Assembly: GCA_051362555.1 (NCBI GenBank)
Contig: CM120642.1
Location: 14,136,001-14,200,000 of the forward strand
DNA length: 64,000 nucleotides
Reading direction: 5' to 3'
Source of the DNA: Lingula anatina
Taxonomy: Eukaryota; Animalia; Brachiopoda
Each line of letters opens with the position of its first letter. The stretch's first letter is position 1. The notes below the pieces were generated by a model. That model made no database searches. It had not been told where the DNA came from and saw only the letters and a list, made by a program, of their open reading frames with translations. Both the position numbers and the translations under genes were made by a program. Of this stretch, positions 14,201 through 28,430 are shown piece after piece.

Positions 14201-15636
14201 TTAACAGCTTAATGATAGCCACTTGAATCCAAAAAATATTGATGTTAATTTGTAAACAATGGACTGTTTCCTGTTCTTAGGAAGTCTGTGGAATGAATCT
14301 CAAACAGTGTTCTTTATTTCTCTCAAAATGCTATGCTGCAGATTAGAGGCTTAATGGCATATTAAAAGTACACAAGGCATGGAAATCACAAAACAAATAC
14401 ACTTAAAAATGACATTATAGGATAAGAGATAAAATAAAAAAAATTGAAATGACAATTTCCATGTCGATTTATTAACATAGAGCCTATTCATATATTTTTA
14501 TCGATTGATTGTATGGAAAAAATTACCAAAATAATTTTAAATAAAGCCAAAAATTTAAAATCAAATACACTGTGCTTTATGTATTAGGCCACAGCTCAAC
14601 TTGGTTGTGAACATTGGGCCCAAGTACTGATGCACTGACACTGACAAGTAGACTGACACATATGTTTTTGCTTATATCGCTCCATGATATTCTTAAAACC
14701 TTCAACCTCTGATGAACTGATTCAGTAAAACTTTGGAGATCATCTTTCTGATGATCTATACTAAATCAGCCTTATCATCAGCATCATCTGAACATCTCCT
14801 AACATACTGTAATATTAATCAGTGAGCAGGACGGGATTCCACTTAGCATAACACTATCAGATATAGTCCTTAATATTATGTAAGGTGTGAAGAATCCTTA
14901 CAGCATCAGTGAATCTATCTTCTTTGATGTTACTAATGAGGAAGGTTAAGCCTATTTAGGTTATGTATTCTTCCAATAGCAACCAGAAAGAAGCTGTTAC
15001 ATGTATTAGTATTTGGCTTCTCTGATATATCAAACAGAAAGAGGATTTCTGTCTATCATTTTATCCATCACTTTCTTTTAGGAACACCTTAGATCCACCA
15101 TGTATCATAGGGTCCAAGTCATCACACATAAGTAAAATTTATTGATTGTGTCTAAAGTATCTAACAAGATTGAGGTACAGTCTATCTTATCATGGCTTCT
15201 TTTAATCATCAAACAGCTAAAGTGATTTTAATTCTATTATGAACATATTTACTGATGGTTATCTTCAAAGTGAACAGGAATTACTATTAAATCTTTAATT
15301 GTGGTACCATGTTTGGTCAACACCAAAAAACCTGCTCAATTCGTATAAACTTATTTACTGATGCTATCCTCTTCAGATACCAGTAACAGGATTAATTTAA
15401 ACACAAAACACTTCAAAGGGATATATATGATTAAATCTGTGATAATTTTTAACACAGTGCATTAGAGTTCTTTGAGGATTCAGAGTTGAGTTTCATTTTA
15501 TTACTTCATAATCTGATGCTATCAGAAAATATAATGTTCCCCTGTTTAATGTATGTGATAATTGTATGCAATACATAAATAATAAATAAAATCCAATGCA
15601 ATTTACAAACTAATTTAAACAATATTTTCTTTACCT

Positions 15637-15795
<159 letters not shown>

Positions 15796-18700
15796 TGAGT
15801 AAATATTGTTAATAAAAAATTTGTTATACCATGTATAATAAGTCCAGGATTTTACTAAGAAACAAATACTGGAAAGGTAAAAATTATAGGTAAAGAACTG
15901 AGATTTTTAGAAAAATAACTATATTTTCAATAATCATACTTTATCGCTCCTTATTAATGACAAAAAACTTAACAAACCAATAACAACAAAACTGACAGAC
16001 TATAAATACAGTATCCCCATACTGCGAGACATCAAGACTCATTCCTTATATAGAAACCTGAAGGTTTCGTCTGAAAAGGTCAGCTAAAGCCACCCACCAC
16101 AACCACTGAAATATTCATGTACACCAATGGGGCTGAACAGGCCCTTTGATCTGTAATTCAATTAAATAGTCTCATTAGGCTGATTTACAATGAATAAGAA
16201 GATGCTATTTGATCTGTAGCCACAGCTGTGATATTTGGGGGGGGGGGGGGGGCGCACTGGACTTAAAACTCTGACAATTTTGTTTTTGCATGGAGCATTC
16301 ACGTTGCATCTCTATTTTTTGTCATTAAGGTAAAAAAATGTATGGTACCCTACAAACATTCTGTTCCTATATTTTATTTCTATGCAACTGAGCTGCATCA
16401 AGGGACAAAGATATAGCTGAGGATGTCATATTGTTATGTACTACTATCTAAAATGTAGATATACCAAATATACTAAAATTAAAATCTTTTTTAGATACAA
16501 ATGCTGATCCAAAAATCAAATAAATTACATTTTAACATGAGTTTACACATTTTCTAAATTCAGACAAAATAATTTCGAAACTTCAAAGATGCCAATTATT
16601 TCTTTCACTTCAGGGTGCTGCAGTTAGCTGCGTGATCAAAACACTCCATTATTTTAAACCCTTTGAGCTTCACTTGGGGTGTACCTATATTTTGACAGGG
16701 TAGGACCCAAACATGAAGTCCCAGTGCTTGTGTAATGCTATCCTAGATGTCATTAATGGAAATGTAGCACAATTTCAATTCAGTATTTATTACAATATTT
16801 TAGTAGGGCTGTGAATATTGAACATCCCACTGACCTTGCTTGCGAAATGTGAAATATCACATTTGTTACTTCACAAATCATTCTGTTGTGGGTATGTTGG
16901 AAGAACTTTCAATCACATCAAATATTAAGTTTATACATACACATGACACTATATTTCATTTTTATTGATCATCACAGACTAATTTATTTTATTCTCTTTT
17001 TAAAGCAGGTGTCTGCTGAGAAAAAAAAGCCTGGCAGAATCAATACCTGCCTGAGAATGGCCATCAGCTAAACTTGACTTAAACAGCCTCACTCTTATTC
17101 TCTATTCCATAATTATTTTCATGCTTAATAAATGTCAATTTTTATGGTTCTAAACGGTAAAGGTAATGATGCTGCCTAGGGATTAAATGCATCAAATTGT
17201 AAGAAAAACACTGAATTACACCAAAGCATTGTCATCCAAGCAGTAATAACTGTCTGCAAGATTTGGGCATAGAGCAAAGAGGAGCGCACACTCATCTATC
17301 AATGACAGCCTAAGACAATGCTTAAACAACTTTGAAATTTGCTTCAGTCCCAAATCCATGCCAAGTTTCTATGTTGAAAATAACAATTAGTTTGTCGTTC
17401 ATCTTTATGTGTTTCTATTGATAGATACTGGTGCCAGAAATTTTGTCAACTGTCAAAATACCTGCCTTCCCCACAGGTCAAGGTGGTGTAGGTCAACTTA
17501 AAAAAAGTATCCATTGGTCATTTATGAAATGAAAACTTTAAAGTATACATAATGTTATTAAATATCATAATAAAAAAGATTCGCCAAAGATATTGTAAAG
17601 GTGTGTAATTGTGTTAGTGTGCAGTGTGATGTTTTCTCATTGTTATAAACATCTAGACAAACTGTGATCATCTTTTGTTGTTATTTTCCATTTGTCACCC
17701 TCTTTGCTTCATAAACTCGCTCCACTTTTGACAATGGACGTCTCTAACTAGAGCTTTTCATAAAAACTGACTAAAGATGTCATTTCAGGGATTCTTTTTA
17801 TTCCTAAACAATTAAACAAAAACATAAGATGTTTTTATAGATCTACTAATATTATAAGAAACTACCTGAATAGAATGCTGCTGTTACAAACAATTCATCT
17901 AGGCAGTCAGCCTACTTGGTTCCTATGATTTGTAAGATTTCAAATTTCATAAACTAATTAAAAAACTAAGTATTGTCAGTCAGTTTCAAATTTATTTATT
18001 CAAAGGCTAATTAATGATGGAAATGTCAATGAGGACATATGCCACATTCAGTCCGAACTATTAAAACAAAACTCCGCACTGTGTCAATTCAGTGAGGTTT
18101 TCAAACAAAACTCAGCACTATGTTACCAGGGTCAATGTGGTCAAGCTGTACCCTAACAGTGGACTGGTCAGTGACAGCAGGAAATGGACATAAGTGCAAG
18201 GTGTCTTCTGTTTTCCATGATTTGGCAGCAGGCTTCAGTCAACAACTGTCAGTGTTGTGCATGTCTTCTGATATAATTATTGGTGACGGGTGGGGACATC
18301 TTGACAACTGACATCTGCTGGCTGCTGTTTGATTCTCACAGAAACTGATAAAGATGTACATGTACATTTTGTTTTATTCCTTTAAAAGCAGTTGTCTGCA
18401 GTCTTTAGAGTGTGTGACCCCCAAAAGAAAAATGATGAAAAGCAGATATATGAGTACATTCAAAGGAGAAAGATACAGTTGTGTGTATGACAACTAATGC
18501 TTGAAGATTGATAGAAAGTGAATACTAATGGTTCCAAGAAAAATAGTTCAACAAAAACCAAATTGTGCACAAGAAAAAAAATGCATGTCAACGATCATAC
18601 AGAATATAATTGTGATGCATCTCTTTATAAATTTTATTAGGAAGCAAAATGCACTGTTAAAACTGACCTTGATGTGTCATTTTGCCTAGAGAAAGTAGGA

Positions 18701-21700
18701 TAACATTCAAAACAAGTGAAAGGGTAAGTCTCTAATTCTATTATTCAATGACCATTTCTTTCATCTCTCCCTCTCTCTATCTCTTAATTTTTTTAATTGC
18801 CAGGCCAGTTTCAGTGAGACTGCAGATTTTCAGAAGTGAACAGGACAGGGAGATGAGAATGTCTACTGGGCAGTATGTCAACTGACCAGTCTGGCAACAT
18901 AGGCATTTGGTCAACATTACTACCTTGGGCAGTGACCAGTTAACAAGACAAAGATGAATTACCCCATCTGTTCATACACATGTTCAAACAAACAGAATGT
19001 CACCTCTAATTGTGAAGACTAGAACAATATCCAGTACTTGAGCTTGTACCATTACTAAGACTGTCACCCCTCTTGTCCCACCTTGACATATCCTTTCTGT
19101 GTACATGTATGGGGTGATTAAATACAGTTTATTGCACTGGGAAATGAATTTATGCCTACGCCAGGCATTTATGCCCAGTTTGGTAAATGATGGGTGGTTA
19201 AATCAGAGACCTGTTGCTGTAAAATCCATCCTGTCAAACAAATTTGTTTCACCATTCCACTTGTTTTCAACTCGGACTTTATGAATGAATTGCTATTATT
19301 GTGACCCATCATGTTGTGGATGACAATGATTTGGCAATCACTTATTTTATGAAAAAAAAATATAAAGTATACTTTCCAATATAATGTTGTTGTAGTAAAA
19401 CTGAAGCACCTACATTTTTTAAAAATAAAATGCATTTATGAACAAGTTTGATTTTTGTTAAAGATAATGTTTTTGAGACAAACTGAATGTTGCTAAGAAG
19501 TTTGATATTTGAAAAATGTGAGAAAACACCATGATATATAGAGTTATCAAAAGACGTATCTGTCATCCTTGATACAAATATCATGGATGGAAAATAGATA
19601 ATCAATAACTTGCTGTATTTTCAGGTGTAAATATGTAAATAACTTGAGAAACATCAGACATATTTACATCTAGCATTTTTGAGTACTATGAATTTTGGCA
19701 ACTCCACACGGCTCATAATCTAACCACACACAAACCAGATCATCACCTAATCGCCCGATTGGAGTTTGCTTTTTGATTCAGCTAACAATATGTGAAACAA
19801 GTTCAAAAAGGTCTGGAAATGACATTCTGACAGAGCCTACACTGTATACCCAAGGATTTCACGCAATCTTGCTTTTGCTTGGCACATCAAATCTTTCCAT
19901 CTTTCCTATATATTCAAACTGAAGTTTACTTTGGGTCAACCTTGGTCCTTGGTTCATCACAGCTATAGAAATAAATGCAGGGAATCGTAAGTACAAAGAA
20001 AGGCAATTTTGATGTGTGACTGGTACAAGAAAAAAGTTAAGAAACAACAAACAGAGATCAATTTCATACCTGCTGAGCTATTTCATTGTACAATTTTAAG
20101 AACCAATTCTGTCAAAACATGAAATCATTGATATTTTTGATTACCCTTTTCAGTATGTTTGACTGTTCATCAGTGAGCATCAGAACCACGCCTGTTAATG
20201 TAAAGTTTATCATCAAAAGATTATTCTACCAGTATTTCCATTTATCCAGTCTTAAAAAATGCATGGTAAGTTTAAAAGAATAAGGAAAAAATCTGTCCCG
20301 TTTCCTTCAATTTCTGTTTTTCACTCAATTTTCTTGCTACGTGGGTGTTTATTAATAAATCTGGCACATTTCAGAAGTGAGAGCCTTGGTTGGCTGTGTG
20401 GGTTATTCCCCACCTCTCCCAAGGATTAAGTGGAAAAACACTTACACAAGAGAGATAAAGGTGTAAATTTTGCAGACCAGTTTCCTTCAAGTATTGGGGT
20501 ATCATTTCCAGGACAATTCTACTGCCAGAGAATGATTAACATTATTTAGTGCATATTAATACCTACTGATTGTGTGGGCCTTAGCTTTCATATTAGGTAA
20601 TTAAGTAATTAAGAATTCAGGCAACTACAAAATATTTTGAATGAATAGATACAAAAGTTCTGATTCTGTGGCATTTGGGAGACCAAATTTGAGAGAAGAA
20701 AGCAATTTTATGGATAACTTTTTAATTAAAGTGGTTATTTATACAAGTTAAGGTTCATGTAATATAGATAATCATAATTTAGAAAATATTTCTACCAGTT
20801 TCAGAATTACCTTTACACACCAAGACAAAATGGGTTAAGAAAGATGCTGTATTTTTATTTATTTGTGAGTGAATGGAATAAATGTATGTCCTGCATGGCC
20901 AAGACTTACAGAAATATATAGAACCTAAAAATTACAAACATTTCTAATCCTTCCTCCCAAAATCTTCAAAAATTAAAGCAATACACCATGCCTATCAGAA
21001 CCTGGTTTTCCAGCTGTTTACAATAGTCCAGGTAACCCTCCATTTTACTGGTATTTCATTTTTAATAGATGGCATGTGTGAAACAGAAAAGTCCTTGTGG
21101 TCAGTAGTGTTTTCTTACTGAGATTCAATAGCCCAGGGTCAGTTGACAAGTGCCAAGCAAATTACCAGACAGGAAAAGCACTGCCAGTCATTCACCATCA
21201 TATGTCAAAAACACTTGGGTACTTTTCTAGAATCGTGTTACCACATACTCTCAGACAGATTTGGCAATTCTGATTAAGAAATAGCCTCTGGTAATTTTTA
21301 CAGAATCAGTTATTACTTACTTCAAAAAAGCTTTTTTTTTTTTGTTCGTTATATCAATTTTTCTTTATTATATATTCCCATCAGGAACAATAAAAAACCT
21401 AATTGATATAAGCATACAAGGAACTCTGCTAAAGATTTTTACACAATAGCTTGTTGTTCTTTCTTTTCACTTGTAATAAATGAATTATTTTTAAGAAAAT
21501 GCCACTTACAGTGAGTAACTTCATGTTGTATATAAGATCACTGTCCTTACTGATATTGAGTTTTTTGTGAATTGGTTTATTCATAGCTTAAAAAATTCAA
21601 CGAAAAAAATATATACATGTACTACATTACACGAAAAGAGAAAAAAAGATGGGGTTAAAAAACTAATAATATTTTATTATTATCAGCAAATCAGAGCAGA

Positions 21701-24700
21701 TTGGGTGAGAAGTGAAAGAGAAAATGAGAAGGTAAACATGTCTGCCACAATATCAGTATCAGCAGCAGACGTCTGCATCAGTAACTCAGAGTCCATGTCC
21801 TCTGCATATCCTGCAGCTGCACTGGCAGGAGGGCAGCCATTACACGTCGCTTATCAAGATGTCAAACTGATCATATCTGATAGAAATGACAAATGTGTTA
21901 TTGGTCAACTGGATGCCAGGTTGATTTAATAGACTGGAAATGGTTCTTATTGGAAAAGGCTTTTAACCAGTGGGGCTTTTTATTCAGCAAATTTGTTCAT
22001 TTTGCTAGTTTTTGGACAAAAAGGTAAATGGAGGGTGAATATATGCTATTACTCAAAATGGATAAAACACTGACCAATATTTTTGGTGTTTCAGCAATTT
22101 GTGTTTGACTGTTGCATTCCTGATCATTTGAGCTGAATGATTTTATAATGTTATTATTGTTTAATACTATCCTTAAGTATTGTTTTAATTATGATTTCAA
22201 ATCCATATTTTAGCTCCTTTTTATAATTGCTTTATCATGGCCTGGACACCTAGCTGATATCTACAGTCACCAGTAGACTTTTCCACTGATCTGTGACATT
22301 AACTAATAAGGTGCAATCAGACAGGAACACACCTAAACTGATTTTGGTCTAAAACATGTCACAAGTTTACCACATGATTTTACTACTTTAATTCCCTTAA
22401 GCAATGAGGGATAGATACCCAAATGACAACCAAATACACCTCTAGCTTTTTTGTAATCTATAAAATAATTTTGTTTTAAAGTGCATTCTTAACTGATTAT
22501 ATATATATATATATATATATACCCATAATCTTCCTCTCTTTTCCTGGAGGAAAACTGAAAAAAAATGTGAACACTTATTTACCTTGGACACATACACTTT
22601 TTTATAACATTTTCCAATTTTGGAACATTCCAAAAAATTAACTTGGAAGGAGCCTTAGTAAAACACAACATGCACATTATGTGTTATGGTTACAACATAA
22701 ACACATGGAACATTTTAACTGTGAACCACTTCCTGCAAACAATTTGATTACGAAACCCACAGTCATAACCAATTAGTTGAAAGTTGTAGGCCTAAGGCTG
22801 CCAAACTTTCCATGTCAATTCTTTTATTTTGACCCAAATTGATGTGTACCCTGTATCTCAAAACTTTTGGAAAATTAAATCAAGAGTCTGAAGGTTTAGT
22901 TGAGAGAAGGACCAGATGGTTGTAGTCAAGTTACTCCATTATTTTTTAGCCCTCGGTTATCAATGCAAAAAACAGGTCAATTTAAGACAATTATTATATT
23001 TGAATGTCCCTAATGAATTCATTTGATTGTCCATCATACCAAAACTGGTTTTATTTAGGACAAGTCTGAATGCAGCCAAACAGGTTCTTGCAAATGCTCT
23101 GAACAGTCCTGAAACTCAGGGGTGACCATATATTTTTAGGAGTGTAATGAAACTTCCGACACTGTCTTCAACTTCTTTTGGGATTTCACAGGGATAAATT
23201 GGGTACCACCTGCTGACATCAGCCCTTAAGACTGCAGGACTACCAGTGTAGGGGCAAACCTTCAAAGCCATTGCCACTTTCTTGCTGTAAATGTAAAATG
23301 ATTCTTCCTGCAGCAAGGATACATAGTTCAACAGCCACTTTTCTGAAGTCATAAATGTTGGGGAGAAATCTCCTGCTTTTGTGTTTTGCAAGACAGTTTA
23401 TATTTTAAGAAAAGGTAGAGACTTTTTTATATTTTGATAAGTTTGAAGTTTTTCTTAACATGATATTTCACTCAATGCTTTTTTTCATCTAGGTTGATTT
23501 GAATAGAACATATTTTTTCATTATGTAAGTTATTGTTTAACGAATGACATTGAAGTGAGGGTATAAAGGGAATAATTATTTATAATAATTCATAATAATA
23601 ATTTTGAAACTCACTTTACCTATACTTAAAAGTAGGAAAAAAGTTACAGTTTTCAACTTGTCAATTCAAAATTATTTTTCCATATGACCTTTAAAAAAAT
23701 GTTTTAGAGTTTGTCTATTAATGCAATTTAAGTACAAATTTTTTTTCAGTTGCAAATGGTTTGAAATTAACTACAATGAATGTGCAGGATTGCTTCAGCT
23801 TTAGAGCATTTACCTAAATATATACTTTTTTTGCATGAATTAAATGTTCATATTGCCTCAAAACTTTTTCTTGTATCCCATTAAGATGTGTTCATGTTCC
23901 CACAAACACATTTTCTTTATATTTTACATTTTCTATTTCAGTCCAGAATTTTGAGCCATAAGTAAATTTCTAAACCAAGGATATTTTTTGTTTGTATTTT
24001 TTTTTCTTTTTGAACAAGCTTGTCTTATATATTTACAAACCTAATGTCTGTTTATTACTGGCGGGTGATTGCAGGTGTAAATCAAAACAATCTCACCTGG
24101 TGAATTCCTATTGATATCAGTCGTTATCAAAATTAAATATTTCTATTAAAGCCAAGGCCAACAATACATATTGCAATGCAGCCAGTTTTATCAAAGTGTT
24201 GTTTGCATTGTTTTCTTTGTGACTACTTGGGCTGTACCAAGACTTCCCCTTGCACCAGCAGCACTGTTTGTTATAAAATTCACAGAAGAATGTTGCCTTT
24301 ATAACTAAGTAGGTGATTAAATCAGAAATGGAAGAATACACAAATACGTGGTAAATGGAAAATGATTTGTTACTTATTAAACAAGTTAATGAAAAAGCAA
24401 CTAAGATGAAAATATTTAACAAAACTGATGAAGCAGGTGATACCAAAGGCATGCATATCCCAGACATAAAAAGTATGAGTTTCATAATCCATATTGAGGG
24501 TGCAACTAGACTTTACTGTTTGAAGATTGAATACACAATTGTCACTTCCTCATCACTGGCATCTTGTTTATGGACATTTGTGGAGTTTATATATGATGGG
24601 GCTTCTTACCTAATCCAGACAAGAATGACCAAGACACCTAACAACAACAGGAACCATTTTTCACTTGGTGCCTGATAAGTCCACACTTACTGTACTTTGT

Positions 24701-27700
24701 TGGTATTGCAAATTCTTTACATATATGTATATTTCATACACTTTAGGTTATGTTTTCTCTATGTACATATGTTATTCTGTTTTAACAAAAAAAAAAAAAA
24801 ACATTTAAATACAATTTTAATAATTAGTATGTTGGTAAGCATGCATTATTTCCCTTCAAAAAGTCTTAAAGTTATCCTTTTTCAAAATATTTTTTTATAG
24901 AAATAATAAAAGTACATTTTATTAGAAAGGGTTAATATATTTGTATGTTACTTGTCCAGGCAACTAGAGCATTGCTTGGTAAGAAGAAGTCTGGCATGTT
25001 CAGATATTCTCTATGTCTGCCAATGGAAATTTTAAAAAAAAGTTTCTACTGTTCAACTGAATACTCAAATTTTGAACTTGCCAATGATTGAGTCTTTGTC
25101 CAACTACATGTAAAACTGTTTATTGCTGTTTATGTCTCCCTACAGTATAGTATCATTTCATTGTCTTCTTTTTCAAATTAATTCAGACACATGGCTCAAA
25201 TACATGTACATGTCTCATGAGGGTACACTGAGAGGATGGAGAGGAGGTTGCATTATAAGTATTAATATTGATCATGACTTCTGTTCATTTAACTGATTTC
25301 CTCCCCCCCCCCCCCCCCAACTCCAACCCCTCTGAATCTATTCCTGCTATTCACCTATCTACAGATCCATTTGTTCATGTCTTATACAACATGACAATTC
25401 TTTCCAGGCTGACCATTTGCTGTAGCTCTTGACATTTAATTTCTAGACTCCGTTACAAGTGCTTTCAGCAGATGACCCACTAAGACCAACGTATCACTCA
25501 CGAAACTTTTATTTTGTTGCCAGGGTCTTGAGTCTCCATAACTGAATGTGCTGTCACCTCACCTAAGTTCTGCAGGTGTTCAATTAAAATCAAATTTAGT
25601 CGACAATCAGTTCTATAGACTAAGATATGTGGCAGTAATTGAACTTAAAATTCCTCCAGTGCAGCGTTCATAAAATCATTATCATTTTCCTTTATTTGCA
25701 AAAGAGGTGCAGATCGACAAACCCCCATCCTAGTGTACACCTTGCCGCATTTAGCAGATAAAAATAATGATACCCCTCGTAGATAAAACCTTCATAATGT
25801 TTTGGAGACTTTCATGTCATCAACTAGGACCATGTAATGACAAAAAGAACCACTGGTAAGATTCCATCTCATTTTCTTACCTTCAGCGTTTATTGAACTC
25901 CACAATTTTGTTCTGTACACCTGCATAATCATAAAGATAAAGTCTGGCTTCCAGTTACAACAGATTTTTCATTGTTGTTTAGAGTAATGTCTATGAGCAA
26001 AATTCTCCTGTAAATTCCATTTATCAATAAACTAGTCCAGCGATTATCAGAAACCACACATTTTTATCATCCGAACACATACTAGTTTGCTACGTGACAA
26101 ACTTGCACTAAAAACACTAGCCTCAAAGTAGCATATTTTTACTAATGCTAGAAATATTTACTCAGGCTGAAGGAAATAGAAATATTTGATTACATCTGGC
26201 TAATTAATCACTGGTTAAGTGAAAAATCAGTTATTTGTCCAAAACGGAAAAATGCCGTCCAGTGAGTGCAAAAATGCCCTCCTCAGATCCTAGCTTTACT
26301 AACATTATTTTAAAAACAATTTGTAATTATCAAATCAATATTAATTTAATCAGCAAACTCCTGTTACTGCAAACAAGGCACTTTTGTATGAGCCTCCACA
26401 TGTTTTGTTTGCCAACTCGAAGAAATGAGATGTCTAAACTAAAAAGCGCTACATTTGCTGTGTATCAACTCAGTGACAACTTTTGGACCCCATAGCGAGC
26501 CGTGTCAACACTGTAGTGTGTGCCTAGCTCATGCATACATGCTTGCCACGAGTGCACGTAGCCATGTTACAGTGGTCAGTTAATGCTGCACGACATGGGC
26601 TTAAACAAGTCTCGATACTTGAGGTGCTAACCCGGCCTGTGATAAGACAACATACTGTGGGATTAGAGAGAGGGGATGAGGCAAACATGGAGATTTTTCT
26701 CCTGGTTGTTTTAATTTTGTTTCAATGGTTGCATTATAAGAGGCAAAGTAAGAAATGTCACCACCTGTCAATCTTTCTCCACAAAAGAAAAAACTGAAAA
26801 TTGCTAAAATTACATGTAGTTTCATTTTACACAACATGTCAATTGGCAAATAGGGCTCAGTTGGCCTAAACTGCAATTAGTAATTAAAACTGTACATTAT
26901 CAACTGTTGTGAACTATTCTTTAATAAATAATTCTGACCTTTTATAATTTTGCTATAATAAAATTCCACCGTTGGAGTGATTCCAAAGACACCTGCATAA
27001 ACTGCTTCTAGGATTAAGAGATTATCTTTGTGGATTATCATCAGGGATTATCTTGTGGTTTTTGATAGGTCTTTTAGATAAGGATTTCATTTAAATCAAA
27101 TTTATTTTCCCGAATGTAAGTACCTACATACATAGCCATTGGGGTGTTGACAAAATTTTTAATTCAAAATACAGAGCCCTAATTCTGGTTAAAAAAAGGA
27201 AACTGTTACTTCATTACATGGCCTCCATGAAATAAAAGCAAAATGCAGAAGTGTTGCCAAAACAAAGGTTGCAATAATGCTAACAAAAAGCTGAAAATGT
27301 GCTTATCTTTATTTCAATGACTGAGACAAGAAAACAAATAAGCAACAGTGCAAGCCAGCAAAATACTGGCAATATCCCTTCATATTAGCAAAATAAACCA
27401 CTCCAAACCCATTCAACCAGATGTCTAAAAGATAAGTAAATGTCTTTTTAATTCTTTTCCGTCCCATTTCAAGACCCCTTTGGCATTTCCATGGACAATG
27501 AAACCCATCCTATTTCCACTTACTAGATTGTTTCACAGTAAAAAAACCCCTAAAAATAAATAAATAAAATGAAATAAAAATGTGTGTGTGTGTCTGTATG
27601 TTCATACTGCATACGTGTTTGCATACATAACCAATGTAATTGAATGACATATAACATAGAAGAAGCTTTAGTCTGAAAATCAAGGTTGAGAGTTCAGTGT

Positions 27701-28395
27701 ACCGTACAGATGGAAGTAAGTTACAAGGACATATTATATGCGAAAGACTGCTTAGTTATAGGTTAATATTCTTACCTAAATTTATGAGTGGATATGTACC
27801 TTTACTGTTACAAGGGTAGATAGAAAAAATAAATGTCAGGAAAGGGTAGTGATGAAGAAAAACCCAGCACCACACCTCCTTTAGAAAAAATAGAAATGCC
27901 TCATTGTCTAACACAATTAGACAGGAAGAGCAATCTGTATAGCTGACAAAAAGTTTATTCTGACCATTGTAACTGGAGAAACAGGTGGAAAGTGGAAACC
28001 TCAGTAAGAACAGAAGAGATTTGTTTGATGTGGTTCCCACATTACATCACCTGTCTGTGCCTCAATTGATTCATAATCTTGTGGTCCCTTCTGAGTCTAG
28101 ACTAGACAGGCCAGATACTGGGACATTTTGTAGGAAGGGACTAATTATAAGATATCTCACTTATATAGTGACCAACAAGTGACACGTTGGTACTGGTTGA
28201 TAGGAAGAACAGACAAGTTTTAGCTTAAAGTTAAGGATTCACTCACTTACTCTACTAATAACCTTACCACATTTGCCAAAGTGCAGTCTAGTTTGTAAAG
28301 AAGTGATGATTATATTGCAAAGTTTTGAGTTACAGAGATGGTTTATGGGAGATGGTAACTATGCATACTGTATAAGAATACCACCCCTCCGCCCA

Positions 28396-28430
<35 letters not shown>

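Noticed and set aside
14690-15380. Possible decayed LINE RT on the - strand (ADD-like motif near 14780)
   Set aside because: Other RT motifs could not be recovered and there are many stops. It needs BLASTX to test.
24117-24675. Antiparallel 122-aa and 106-aa ORFs
   Set aside because: The composition is typical of random AT-rich DNA, with no motifs or splice support.
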